From: an uncultured Lachnospiraceae bacterium
GTDB lineage: Bacteria > Bacillota > Clostridia > Lachnospirales > Lachnospiraceae
Assembly: GCA_947630875.1 (NCBI GenBank)
Contig: CANRJG010000003.1
Coordinates: forward strand, 6,024-70,023
Reading direction: 5' to 3'
Length of the DNA stretch: 64,000 bases
Numbering within the stretch: position 1 is the stretch's first letter; every line of letters starts with the position of its first letter. The notes under the pieces are model-generated. The model was not told where the DNA came from and made no database searches. It saw nothing but the letters and a program-made list of their open reading frames with translations. This document shows positions 36,490 to 45,440 of this stretch, piece by piece. The position numbers and the translations under genes are program-made.

Positions 36490-37085
36490 AGGAAATCATG
36501 AAAAGCACGCTGATCCTTTTGGTCATTACACTGGTTTCCGGTTTCCTGCTGGGATTTGTCAATGACCTGACCAGGGATTCAATTGAAGAACGAAATATTG
36601 AGGCAAAGACCGCGTCCCTGCAGAGCGTGGTAGGAGACGAATACCGGGTCGCGCTGGATGAAGAAGTAAAAATTGATCAGCCGGAGGACTCTGATAATAT
36701 CAAAATCGAAGAGGCCTATAAGGTGTATGATGAGAGCGATCAGATAGCAGGCATGGTACTGCTTTTGTTTACTTCGGATTGCTACGGAGACGAAATGGAG
36801 CTGTCTCTGGGAATCCGGCAGTCCGATAAGAAGGACGCAGCGGAGATTTCCGGCATTGACTTCTTAAGCCTGAACGAAACGCCGGGTCTGGGTATGAACG
36901 CGGATGAGGAAGATTTCAAAGAACAGTTCCGGCATCAGGATGCGGAAGCACTGCAGGTAACCAAGAATACGCCGCAGGATCAGGAAATTGAAGCCATTTC
37001 CGGCGCCACCATTACGTCCAATGCGGTGACCAATGCGGTGAATGCCGGACTGGCCTTTTATAACCAGGTGAAGGAGGAACTTTAA
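36486..37085 (+). CDS. rnfG: Rnf complex subunit G
   Basis: N-terminal TM. FMN-binding site SGATITS. GTG start overlapping the rnfD stop (ATG at 36498 is an alternative). Confidence 0.85.
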   Translation: MKEIMKSTLILLVITLVSGFLLGFVNDLTRDSIEERNIEAKTASLQSVVGDEYRVALDEEVKIDQPEDSDNIKIEEAYKVYDESDQIAGMVLLLFTSDCYGDEMELSLGIRQSDKKDAAEISGIDFLSLNETPGLGMNADEEDFKEQFRHQDAEALQVTKNTPQDQEIEAISGATITSNAVTNAVNAGLAFYNQVKEEL

Positions 37086-37802
37086 ATGAAACAGGCTCTG
37101 GAACGTTTGGTTAACGGAATATTCAAAGAAAATCCCACTTTTGTACTGCTGCTGGGCATGTGTCCCACTCTGGCGGTCACCACCAGCGCTATTAACGGCG
37201 CGGGTATGGGCCTTGCCACCATGGCAGTGCTGGTCATGTCCAATATGCTGATTTCCATGCTGCGGAACGTGATTCCCGATAAGGTGCGGATGCCGGCGTA
37301 TATCGTCATCATCGCTACTTTTGTAACGATTGTGGAATTTCTGATGAAGGCCTATGCGCCCCAGTCCTTAAACGACAGTCTGGGCATCTACATTCCGCTG
37401 ATCGTGGTCAACTGTATCATCATGGGCAGAGCGGAAAGCTATGCCGGCAAAAACAAAGTGATTCCGTCGATTTTTGACGGCATCGGCATGGGCCTTGGCT
37501 TTACGCTGGCACTGACCATCATCGGCCTGGTGCGGGAACTGCTGGGAAACGGCTCCGCTTTCGGATTCCGTTTCGCGGATCATGCAGAGATCTTCGGCAT
37601 TTATGAGCCCATGAAAATCTTTGTTATGGCCCCCGGCGCCTTCTTTATCCTGGCGCTGTTAACGGGCATCCGCAACAAGCTGGGGGTAGGAAAATCCAAG
37701 GATCAAGCGGCCTGTCATGACGATACCTGCGCCGGCTGCGGCCAGTATCCTTATTGTCAGGGACACATTCGACAGGAAGCAAAGGAGGAAACGGCAGAGT
37801 GA
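37086..37802 (+). CDS. rnfE: Rnf complex subunit E
   Basis: LLGMCP.LAVT and IPLIVVNCII.GRAE motifs. Confidence 0.9.
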   Translation: MKQALERLVNGIFKENPTFVLLLGMCPTLAVTTSAINGAGMGLATMAVLVMSNMLISMLRNVIPDKVRMPAYIVIIATFVTIVEFLMKAYAPQSLNDSLGIYIPLIVVNCIIMGRAESYAGKNKVIPSIFDGIGMGLGFTLALTIIGLVRELLGNGSAFGFRFADHAEIFGIYEPMKIFVMAPGAFFILALLTGIRNKLGVGKSKDQAACHDDTCAGCGQYPYCQGHIRQEAKEETAE

Positions 37803-38407
37803 AAACGCTTTTGTTGATTATCATCGGATCGGCGCTGGCCAATAACGTGGTGCTGAGTCAGTTTCTGGGACTGTGCCCGTTCCTCGGTGTTTCCAGAAAA
37901 ATCAAAACCGCGGCGGGCATGGGCGTGGCGGTTATATTTGTTATTACGGTTTCTTCCCTTGTGACTGCGGTCATTTATAAATTTGTACTGTCCAATCCGG
38001 CAGTGCTTGGCGGCAGTCTGGTCTATCTGAATACGATTGTCTTTATTCTGATCATTGCCGCACTGGTACAGCTGGTGGAACTGGTGCTGAAAAAATATTC
38101 ACCGGCGCTGCATAAGGCCCTGGGGGTCTATTTACCGCTGATTACCACAAACTGCGCGGTGCTGGGCGTGGCGCTGAACAATGTTGCTGATTACAAAGAT
38201 GAGAAAGCATCGTTGTTTATCGGCCACAGCGTGCTCACCGGGTTCTGTGTGGCCGTGGGCTTTACCTTCGCGATTCTGATTCTGGCAGGTATCCGGGAAA
38301 AGACGGAAGGCAGCGACATTCCCGCACCCTTAAAGGGAATGCCCATCACCCTGATTACGGCGGGGCTGATGGCCATCGCCTTTATGGGATTTCAGGGATT
38401 GATATAA
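37799..38407 (+). CDS. rnfA: Rnf complex subunit A
   Basis: NNVVLSQFLGLCPFLGVS and LPLITTNCAVLG motifs. GTG start overlapping the rnfE stop. Confidence 0.9.
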   Translation: MKTLLLIIIGSALANNVVLSQFLGLCPFLGVSRKIKTAAGMGVAVIFVITVSSLVTAVIYKFVLSNPAVLGGSLVYLNTIVFILIIAALVQLVELVLKKYSPALHKALGVYLPLITTNCAVLGVALNNVADYKDEKASLFIGHSVLTGFCVAVGFTFAILILAGIREKTEGSDIPAPLKGMPITLITAGLMAIAFMGFQGLI

Positions 38408-38450
38408 AGAATGCCGCTATCTAATTTATATATCGTAGGAGAAGGAAAAC

Positions 38451-39248
38451 ATGGATTGGTTTTCAATATTGATTGCAACAGCCGCGGTGGGCTGTATCGG
38501 GCTTTTGATTGGCCTGCTGCTGGGACTTGCCGCAAAAAAACTGGCGGTAAAGGAAGACCGTAAGGTGACGCAGATCCTGGAACTGCTGCCGGGCAACAAC
38601 TGCGGCGGCTGCGGTTACGCGGGCTGCGCGGATCTGGCCAAGGCCATCGCCTCCGGCGCGGCTTCGGCGGCTTCCTGTCCGGTGGGCGGCGAGGCGGTTT
38701 CCACCCAGATCGGCGAGCTGCTGGGAGAAACGGCTGCTTTTGAAAAGCGAACGGCTTTTGTGGCCTGCAGCGGCAGCTGTGAGATCGTTGAAAAGAAGTA
38801 TGATTATTATGGAGAAAAATCCTGCGAGCTGATGGACTATGTCCCCGGAAAAGGGGAAAAGCGCTGTCAAAGCGCTTGCTTAGGCTACGGCTCCTGTGTT
38901 AAAGTATGTACATACGATGCGATATCGGTCCGGGACGGCGTGGCCGTGGTGGATCCGGAAAAGTGCAGCGCCTGCGGAAAGTGCGTACAGGCCTGTCCGA
39001 AACACCTGATCCGGCTGGTGCCTGTGAAACAAAAGGTGGTGCTGGCCTGTTCTTCCCACGATATCGGCAAAAACGTCATGAGTGCCTGTGAAAAGGGCTG
39101 TATCGGCTGTAAGAAGTGTGAAAGAAGCTGCCCGAAAAAGGCAATCGTTGTAAAAAATAATCTTCCGGAGATTGACGAATCGCTTTGCGTCGGCTGCGGC
39201 ATCTGCGTCAGAGACTGCCCGCGGGGCGTACTTTTGCGCAGGCAGTAA
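38451..39248 (+). CDS. rnfB: Rnf complex subunit B (polyferredoxin)
   Basis: N-terminal TM. LPG.NCGGCGY.GC and several CxxCxxCxxxCP motifs. Confidence 0.9.
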   Translation: MDWFSILIATAAVGCIGLLIGLLLGLAAKKLAVKEDRKVTQILELLPGNNCGGCGYAGCADLAKAIASGAASAASCPVGGEAVSTQIGELLGETAAFEKRTAFVACSGSCEIVEKKYDYYGEKSCELMDYVPGKGEKRCQSACLGYGSCVKVCTYDAISVRDGVAVVDPEKCSACGKCVQACPKHLIRLVPVKQKVVLACSSHDIGKNVMSACEKGCIGCKKCERSCPKKAIVVKNNLPEIDESLCVGCGICVRDCPRGVLLRRQ

Positions 39249-39280
39249 AACCGGGGAAAGAAAGGAAAGGGGTTATACCA

Positions 39281-40543
39281 ATGTACGATGTAAAAAAATC
39301 TTATGAGGCGGCAAAGGCGTTTTATGCACAGTACGGAATCGATACGGACGCGGTGATCAAAGCGGCGGACGCGGTTCCCATTTCCATGCACTGCTGGCAG
39401 GGCGACGATGTGGAAGGCTGTGAAGTCAAAGAAGAAAAAAGTTTGAGCGGCGGCATTCAGACCACCGGCAACTATCCGGGAAAGGCCCGCAACGCCGATG
39501 AACTGCGCAGTGATATCGAAACCGCCATGCGCTTCATTCCGGGTACTTTAAAGCTCAACCTGCATGCCAGCTATGCGGAGAGCGATACCTTTGTAGACAG
39601 AAATGAAATTGAACCGAAGCATTTTGAAAAATGGGCGGACTGGGCCGTGGAAAAAGGCATCGGCCTGGACTTCAATCCCACCTATTTTTCCCATCCCAAG
39701 AGCGAGCACGGCACACTTTCCAGCGCAGACGAGGACATTCGCAATTTCTGGATCGAGCACGGCATCCGCTGCCGCAGAATCGGGCAGTATTTCTATGAAA
39801 GAACCGGTATGCCCTGCGTGATCAATCACTGGACATCCGATGGCGCGAAGGAAGTGCCTGTGGACACCCTGGCTCCCAGAATCCGGCTGAAGGAAAGCTA
39901 TGACCGGGTATTTGAAGCCACAAAGGATGTGAAGGGCGTCATCGACGGCATTGAATCCAAGGTGTTCGGCATCGGCGTGGAAAGCTATACCACCGGGTCC
40001 CATGAATTCTGTATGGGGTATGTGATGAAGGCCAACAAGGATCATATCATTATGACGCTGGATACGGGACATTATCATCCCACCGAAGTGGTAAGCGCGA
40101 AGCTTTCCTCCATCTTCACGTTCAGCAAAAATGTGCTGCTGCACGTTTCCCGTCCGGTACGCTGGGATTCCGATCACGTAGTCAGCTTTGACGACGAGAC
40201 GAGAGCGATTATGAATGAACTGGTGCGCATGGATAAGCTGAAAGATACCTTCATTGCTACGGATTTCTTCGATGCTTCCATCAACCGGATCGCAGCCTGG
40301 GCCATCGGTCTTCGGAATACGAGAAAAGCGATTCTGGCCGCCATGCTGCAGCCGGTAGCGCAGATGAAGCAGCTGGAAAAAGACGGCGACGTTACCGGTA
40401 CGCTGGCATTTGCGGAAGAGTTCAAGGCAGCGCCGGTGAGCCTGGTGTGGGATTACTACTGCGAGACCACGGGCAAGGGCAAAGGCCTGGAATGGCTGGA
40501 CGATGTCAGAACTTATGAAAAAGACGTGCTTTCGAAACGGTAA
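39281..40543 (+). CDS. rhaA: L-rhamnose isomerase
   Basis: P.SMHCWQGDDV.G and GGIQTTGNYPGKARNA.ELR.D.E.A...IPG..KLNLHA closely match the E. coli RhaA N-terminal region as I remember it. Confidence 0.8.
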   Translation: MYDVKKSYEAAKAFYAQYGIDTDAVIKAADAVPISMHCWQGDDVEGCEVKEEKSLSGGIQTTGNYPGKARNADELRSDIETAMRFIPGTLKLNLHASYAESDTFVDRNEIEPKHFEKWADWAVEKGIGLDFNPTYFSHPKSEHGTLSSADEDIRNFWIEHGIRCRRIGQYFYERTGMPCVINHWTSDGAKEVPVDTLAPRIRLKESYDRVFEATKDVKGVIDGIESKVFGIGVESYTTGSHEFCMGYVMKANKDHIIMTLDTGHYHPTEVVSAKLSSIFTFSKNVLLHVSRPVRWDSDHVVSFDDETRAIMNELVRMDKLKDTFIATDFFDASINRIAAWAIGLRNTRKAILAAMLQPVAQMKQLEKDGDVTGTLAFAEEFKAAPVSLVWDYYCETTGKGKGLEWLDDVRTYEKDVLSKR

Positions 40544-40599
40544 AATACGAATCTCCGAGATGCGGCGGTAATTGAAAATTCAAACAATAAAAGCAAATG

Positions 40600-40655
40600 C
40601 CCGTTTCCGGCGGCAGGAATGTACCTGCTGTATCGGAAACGGGTATTCAATTTTT
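40600..40655 (+). terminator. intrinsic terminator after rhaA
   Basis: cccgtttccg (40600-40609) pairs with cggaaacggg (40634-40643), with an inner gcagg/cctgc stem, then tattcaattttt. Confidence 0.65.
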
Positions 40656-40707
40656 AGAGCATATTATTTTCCGAACAGGTCACTGTGCGTCCCGGCAATA
40701 TTGCGGT

Positions 40708-40869
40708 TCATCGCTTCAGCTCCCGGAGTGCTTCTTCTACATCGGAATAGTGCTTTACGTTTGGATCACGTGCAATCCGCTCTGCTTCTAACATAGCAGC
40801 AATTGTTTCTTTGTTGGGCTGATCTGGTCGTAACATGCGGTCGTTGAAATTTGTTGTTGTATTTGCCAT
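40708..40869 (-). CDS. RelB/DinJ-type antitoxin C-terminal fragment (possible remnant)
   Basis: 53 aa. PNKETIAAMLEAERIARDPNVKHYSDVEEALRELK resembles the C-terminal half of Firmicutes DinJ-like antitoxins. No ribbon-helix-helix N-domain and no partner toxin on this strand. Confidence 0.35.
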   Translation of the reverse strand: MANTTTNFNDRMLRPDQPNKETIAAMLEAERIARDPNVKHYSDVEEALRELKR

Positions 40870-41002
40870 AAAATGATCCCTTTCTTTATCAGCTGTACAT
40901 ATATGATATGCCATTTGCATTGCAAAATCAACTCATAAGATAGATTATACTATCAGCGGTCTTTTGTGTTTTCTATGTTTTTATGAACCCCTAGATATTG
41001 TA

Positions 41003-41031
41003 TTGCAATTCGCCATACAATATGGTATTAT
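41003..41031 (+). promoter_or_regulatory. putative promoter/operator of the antitoxin-toxin pair
   Basis: TTGCAA, 17-nt spacer, TATTAT. A 7-bp inverted repeat attgtat (40997-41003) / atacaat (41015-41021) overlaps it. Confidence 0.4.
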
Positions 41032-41057
41032 TATAAGCAGAAAGGCAGGTGCTTACT

Positions 41058-41354
41058 ATGGCAACGAAAAGCGCAAACGTAACAGCTCGCATTCAGCCGG
41101 AAATCAAACGGCAGGCGGAAGCGGTTTTGGATAGGATAGGACTGCCCGTTTCAGTCCTTATAGATACTTTGTACAGACAAATCATTATGACGGGCGGCGT
41201 TCCGTATTCTCTCACCGTACCTAAAGTGCCCACGAGAGACAGTCTGACCGACGAGCAGTTTAACGCAATGATGGAAAAAGGATATAGTCAGGCGAAATCC
41301 GGCGAGGGACTGTCCGTAGACGAAGCCTTTGCTAAAATTCATGAGGGAATTTGA
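41058..41354 (+). CDS. RelB/DinJ family antitoxin
   Basis: N-terminal ribbon-helix-helix style sequence (ANVTARIQPEIKRQAEAVLDRIGLPVSVLIDTLYRQI). Stop lies 3 nt before the toxin start. Confidence 0.75.
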   Translation: MATKSANVTARIQPEIKRQAEAVLDRIGLPVSVLIDTLYRQIIMTGGVPYSLTVPKVPTRDSLTDEQFNAMMEKGYSQAKSGEGLSVDEAFAKIHEGI

Positions 41355-41356
41355 AT

Positions 41357-41698
41357 ATGCGTTATAAGGTGAAGCTGACCGTACAGGCAATCGGGCAAAT
41401 CGAAGAAACGGTACAGTATATTTCCAAAATTCTGTTAGAACCGGAAACTGCACAGAAATGGGCAGATACTCTACAATGCGAAATCGAAAAGCTGGACTCT
41501 ATGCCGTCAAGATATCCTCTTACAGAGGAAGAACCGTGGTGTACAAAGGGCATCCGCAAAATGCCCGTTAAGAATTTCCTTGTTTACTATTTAGTTGACG
41601 AAGAAGAAAAAACGGTGTGGATTACGGCAGTAATCTATGGGCGCAGAGATCAGGATGCAGCATTGTTGGACATACCGGCAAATGGTATAGAGGGATAA
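41357..41698 (+). CDS. RelE/ParE family toxin
   Basis: 113 aa. Typical ParE-like layout (...A...I..I..YI......P..A......I......L...P..Y......R....NF...Y.VDEEE..V.I..V.Y.RRD). Confidence 0.7.
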   Translation: MRYKVKLTVQAIGQIEETVQYISKILLEPETAQKWADTLQCEIEKLDSMPSRYPLTEEEPWCTKGIRKMPVKNFLVYYLVDEEEKTVWITAVIYGRRDQDAALLDIPANGIEG

Positions 41699-41754
41699 CA
41701 GAACTGCTTTTCAGTTTATCTTGAGCAAATAATGCAGAAAAAGACCGCTGGTGG

Positions 41755-42966
41755 TTAAACCATCAGCGGCCTTTTGTATTCATTCATGGGGGGACAGCCG
41801 TATTTGGCGCAGACAAGGGCTTCGTAGAGATGGGCCGTGTCCAGATCTTTCTGCAGCCTTTCCGCGGCAGCAGGTTCAAGGGCAGGCATCTGGGTGGACA
41901 GCCTGGTAATCAGCGGAATCTGCGCCTGCTTCGAAAGCAGGGAAAGCAGCGCCTTGTCCTTACAGCCCAGCACCCGCCCGTAATGAGCGCGGTGGTCTAT
42001 GCGGCTGCCGTTAGGATAATCCTCCCGGTGGATTTCCAGTAATATATGAATCAGTACCCGCTTGATACGGGAGAGGGTATAGTCCCTGGAACTTAGATGC
42101 GCCAGTAAATCCCCATAATTCTTGACTGCGAAACAGCAGTTTTTGATCCGATTGGACAGAAACGGATTGCAGTCTCCATAGCGGGAAAGTCTCTCAGCGT
42201 CCTGCTGCAAAAGTTTGGGCAGCAGCAGTGAAAAGATATCTTCTTCGAAGAGAAATCCCCTTTGCTTTTCATAGGATTTTAAAATTTCACAGGCAGTTGC
42301 GGGGACAGCTTCTGCCACATCCTGCCCCTGCCGCAGCGCCTTTCGCAGGGCGGAAGCGGAGGAAAATCTATCATGCAGCTTTTGGTCGCGGTGGCCAGCG
42401 CCGATCCTTGCAATGGCAACGGGCCGGATTCGGCTGCCGTTTGCCTGCAGCGCTTTCAGATATTCGATGGCCAGAATGTTGTTGGGGCTGTTTAAAATCG
42501 TATCGCTGACGTTGGGAAGTCTGCGCCTTATGGCGGCGGCTCTGGCCGCCGGATAGGAAAGCCCCGCAGCGCAGGCTTCTTTGATTTCCTGTGTAAAGTT
42601 TGCCGGTGCATCCAGCAGTAAGGCGGCGATTTCCGTAAGCAGTTCCAGATCCGCATCTTCACAGCCAAAAACCAGACTGCCTACGGCGCCCAATGCATCA
42701 ATCAAAGATATGGCGCCCCCTGCAAAGCCTTCGGCACTGGCCGTGGCAGACAGCACAGGCAGCTCTATCACCAGATCCGCGCCGTTTTGCAGTGCCATCC
42801 GGGTTCTGGCATATTTATCCAGCAGCGCCGGTTCCCCCCGCTGCACGAAATCCCCGCTCATCACAACAAGGCAGACGTCTGCGCCTGCCTGCTTCGCCTG
42901 CTCTATGAGATAGCCATGGCCGTTATGAAAGGGATTAAATTCTGCAATGATGGCTGAAATATGCAT
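41755..42966 (-). CDS. tmcAL: tRNA(Met) cytidine acetate ligase (YlbM/UPF0348 nucleotidyltransferase)
   Basis: IIAEFNPFHNGH.YLI and VMSG.FVQRGEPA..DK..R motifs. Confidence 0.8.
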   Translation of the reverse strand: MHISAIIAEFNPFHNGHGYLIEQAKQAGADVCLVVMSGDFVQRGEPALLDKYARTRMALQNGADLVIELPVLSATASAEGFAGGAISLIDALGAVGSLVFGCEDADLELLTEIAALLLDAPANFTQEIKEACAAGLSYPAARAAAIRRRLPNVSDTILNSPNNILAIEYLKALQANGSRIRPVAIARIGAGHRDQKLHDRFSSASALRKALRQGQDVAEAVPATACEILKSYEKQRGFLFEEDIFSLLLPKLLQQDAERLSRYGDCNPFLSNRIKNCCFAVKNYGDLLAHLSSRDYTLSRIKRVLIHILLEIHREDYPNGSRIDHRAHYGRVLGCKDKALLSLLSKQAQIPLITRLSTQMPALEPAAAERLQKDLDTAHLYEALVCAKYGCPPMNEYKRPLMV

Positions 42967-43081
42967 AGGACGCTCCCCGGTTCATCTGAAAATGGATGAT
43001 TAGAGTATACCATTTCTGCCCGGGTTTGCAAGTGTAGTGAATCATTATAAAAGATAAACATTAGAATGTGTTCAGTAATTT

Positions 43082-43115
43082 TTGTTTAATATATAATATA
43101 TTGTTGTTTAATATA
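43082..43115 (+). promoter_or_regulatory. two identical 12-bp direct repeats with 22-bp periodicity upstream of the island's first gene
   Basis: ttgtttaatata at 43082-43093 and again at 43104-43115. A TAGAAT -10 candidate lies at 43129-43134. Confidence 0.3.
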
Positions 43116-43196
43116 ACTATTTATTTTTTAGAATATAAATGATATTATAATAAACGTAAATATATTATACTATTAATTATCAAAAGAAGGATTATA

Positions 43197-43589
43197 ATGA
43201 GAACAAGGAAGATATTTTTATGCATCATGACTTTACTTGTTACAACATTTTTTATACCTGTTACTGCATCGGCTTATTCATTTTAATTTACAATACCAGA
43301 TAAATTTGTTGGCAGTATGCAGTCTACTACATTGCAAGAGAAAAGTTCACAAACCACCCCGTATGTAAATCCCACATATAATTCGTTGCCAACCGCTTAT
43401 TTTCTGTCTACAAAAAGAATCAGTGAAATTTTAGCAACAAATATTATTACAATTTCAGATGGATCCAGACATGTTTTTACTTGGAATTCGGGATACGGAG
43501 GAACGGGAATTAAATATTGTCTGTCTGCATATCCCAATATGACCGGTTCGTGGCAGGCGTATGGTGTTGAAGGAACTTGGAGTAACTAA
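43197..43589 (+). pseudogene. small secreted protein gene interrupted by an in-frame TAA after the signal peptide
   Basis: ATG 43197 encodes MRTRKIFLCIMTLLVTTFFIPVTASA/YSF, then TAA at 43284-43286. The same frame continues FTIPDKFVGSMQSTT... into the 90-aa ORF at 43317-43589 (frame checked codon by codon). Confidence 0.6.
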
Positions 43590-43607
43590 AAAGTATTGTT
43601 GATTTTT

Positions 43608-43652
43608 ATAGCCTAAGAATGGTATTTCTCACTCTTAGGCTATATATGTTTT
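43608..43652 (+). terminator. hairpin (terminator or attenuator) between the small gene and the lipoprotein/ABC genes
   Basis: atagcctaaga (43608-43618) pairs perfectly with tcttaggctat (43633-43643), then atatgtttta. Confidence 0.55.
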
Positions 43653-43671
43653 AATGAAGAGGAGGGGACAT

Positions 43672-44676
43672 ATGAAGCGCTTACTGATCCTGTTGACATT
43701 GTTTTTGTTCATATTGTTGTCCGGCTGTTCCAGTGCTGACAATATACTGTCCGATGAACCTTTGCCAATTCCGGAGACTCTGGTGGTGAACGCGGATTTC
43801 CCGGATCACATACCGGCCAAAGCATCCGTATATAAAGTTTCCTATAAAACCATGGATAGTGACAGTTTGTTGAATAATTTTCAAATGAATCCGGATTCAT
43901 TTCGGGAAAAGGATGCCATTGGTAAGCGATATGAAAAGGGGAATGGGGTACTCTATATTCTGGATGATACCGGAGCGTTATGTGGCGGCTTCACTTACTC
44001 GGATATTTCTGTACATTCGAATCCTATTTTAGATGCTGCCGGAGAAATGGGAGCCATGGCGACGGAGGAAGGTTCGGATACAGAGGCAGAGGCGCTTTCT
44101 TTACTGCAGGATATCGGACTTGATCAGATGAAAGTTGATCAGGTGCATACATTGACGGGAGCAGCATTAAATGAATTTGTAAAGACGTCCGGAGATGAAT
44201 ACGTCAATGAATTTGCAGATCAGAATGAGATTATTTATGATCCGGCGGTGCAGTATGCTGTTATCGGTTTATCACAGATGGTTGACGATATTCCCTTCAT
44301 TGCTTTTCCCTGGGGGACAGGCAGCAACCAAACCTACACAGAATCGAATATGATTTTATCAGAAGGTCGGATGGTGGAGGCAAGATTTGTCCAAATGTAT
44401 GAGATTGGCAGTAAAATCAAAAAAGATAAGGTGATCTCGCCACAGGCTGCGCTGAACGTCTTTATTAATGATTATAATCAAAGTATACATACAGAGACAA
44501 CAACCATAACAAATATTACTTTGAATTATGTTGTTACGTTCGATGCAGACGGTATGTATGCGCAGCCGGCGTATGTCTTTTCCATAGGTACGGAGCTTCC
44601 GCAAAATACGGATGAATCCATGGTGATCTCCGCTTTGAACGGAGAACTGATTTTATCGACGGAGGCGGGAATTTGA
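43672..44676 (+). CDS. lipoprotein of unknown function
   Basis: Lipobox LLSGC after a hydrophobic signal. GAGGAGGGG RBS before the second ATG. 334 aa, no family recognised. Confidence 0.7.
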   Translation: MKRLLILLTLFLFILLSGCSSADNILSDEPLPIPETLVVNADFPDHIPAKASVYKVSYKTMDSDSLLNNFQMNPDSFREKDAIGKRYEKGNGVLYILDDTGALCGGFTYSDISVHSNPILDAAGEMGAMATEEGSDTEAEALSLLQDIGLDQMKVDQVHTLTGAALNEFVKTSGDEYVNEFADQNEIIYDPAVQYAVIGLSQMVDDIPFIAFPWGTGSNQTYTESNMILSEGRMVEARFVQMYEIGSKIKKDKVISPQAALNVFINDYNQSIHTETTTITNITLNYVVTFDADGMYAQPAYVFSIGTELPQNTDESMVISALNGELILSTEAGI

Positions 44677-45440
44677 AAGGATTGCACTTGTTTTGTACAT
44701 TTTTGAAGCATAGTTTGAATAAAAAGCTGTGCTTTTGTGTTCTGCTTACCACACTGATCATGAGCGGCACAGTTTCCGGACTGATGAATGAAAACAGTTC
44801 AGTGTGGTATTTGCTGGATAAATCGCTGGTGGGCAGCGGCGTGGTGAGTCTGTTGATCTGCGTTGTTCCCATTCTGCCTTTTGCTTCCAGTCTTGCAGAA
44901 GAATTTGAGACAAATTCGATCAGATTATTTACAATCAGAACAGGAACGGGCGTGTATCTGTTGAATAAAATCATCGTAAGTTTTCTGAATGGTTTTATCG
45001 TCATGCTTCTTTCACAATTATTATTCATACTGATTTTCATGAATTTCTTTCCTGTCTTTACGCAGCCCCATACATATTATGCATATGAACAACTGATGAT
45101 GGACGGAAAAGTATTTCATGGAATGGCGTTGTTTACGATTCATATGTCATTGTCCGGTTCCCTGATGGCTGTTATGGCGGTGTTTGTGTCCACAATCATC
45201 CCGAATCGGTTTGCCGCGATATCCGTTCCCGTTATTCTTTACTTTACTTTGTCAAGAATATTTCCGGCCACCACAAACATGCCGAAGTTTATGATTCCTT
45301 CTTATCTGGTGGAATGTCCCGTTGGTATGAAAGATCCAATGATGGAAATCATGTGCAAATGGATGGCTGTGACTGTTCTCTCGATCCTGGCGTTTGTGTT
45401 TGGATATATCGCATTAAGGAGGAGAATTTCGAATGCATAG
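44673..45440 (+). CDS. ABC-2 type transporter permease
   Basis: Six hydrophobic segments. EEFETNSIRL resembles the E-x-x-x-G-T motif region of ABC-2 permeases. TTG start in a TTGA overlap with the lipoprotein stop. Confidence 0.6.
   Translation: MKGLHLFCTFLKHSLNKKLCFCVLLTTLIMSGTVSGLMNENSSVWYLLDKSLVGSGVVSLLICVVPILPFASSLAEEFETNSIRLFTIRTGTGVYLLNKIIVSFLNGFIVMLLSQLLFILIFMNFFPVFTQPHTYYAYEQLMMDGKVFHGMALFTIHMSLSGSLMAVMAVFVSTIIPNRFAAISVPVILYFTLSRIFPATTNMPKFMIPSYLVECPVGMKDPMMEIMCKWMAVTVLSILAFVFGYIALRRRISNA

Noticed and set aside
40572-40796. Two overlapping 64- and 74-aa plus-strand ORFs after rhaA
   Set aside because: They run through the rhaA terminator hairpin and lie antisense to the antitoxin-fragment ORF. 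They have no RBS.
43317-43589. Assignment of the small secreted protein to the lactococcin 972 family
   Set aside because: The only resemblance is a W-x-S-G-Y-G-like stretch and a Trp-containing C-terminus. The motif sits at the wrong end of the mature protein, and I cannot verify the match without an HMM search.
44534-45040. 168-aa minus-strand ORF inside the island (also 45556-45945)
   Set aside because: It is antisense to the ABC-2 permease genes. The translation is not protein-like and there is no RBS.
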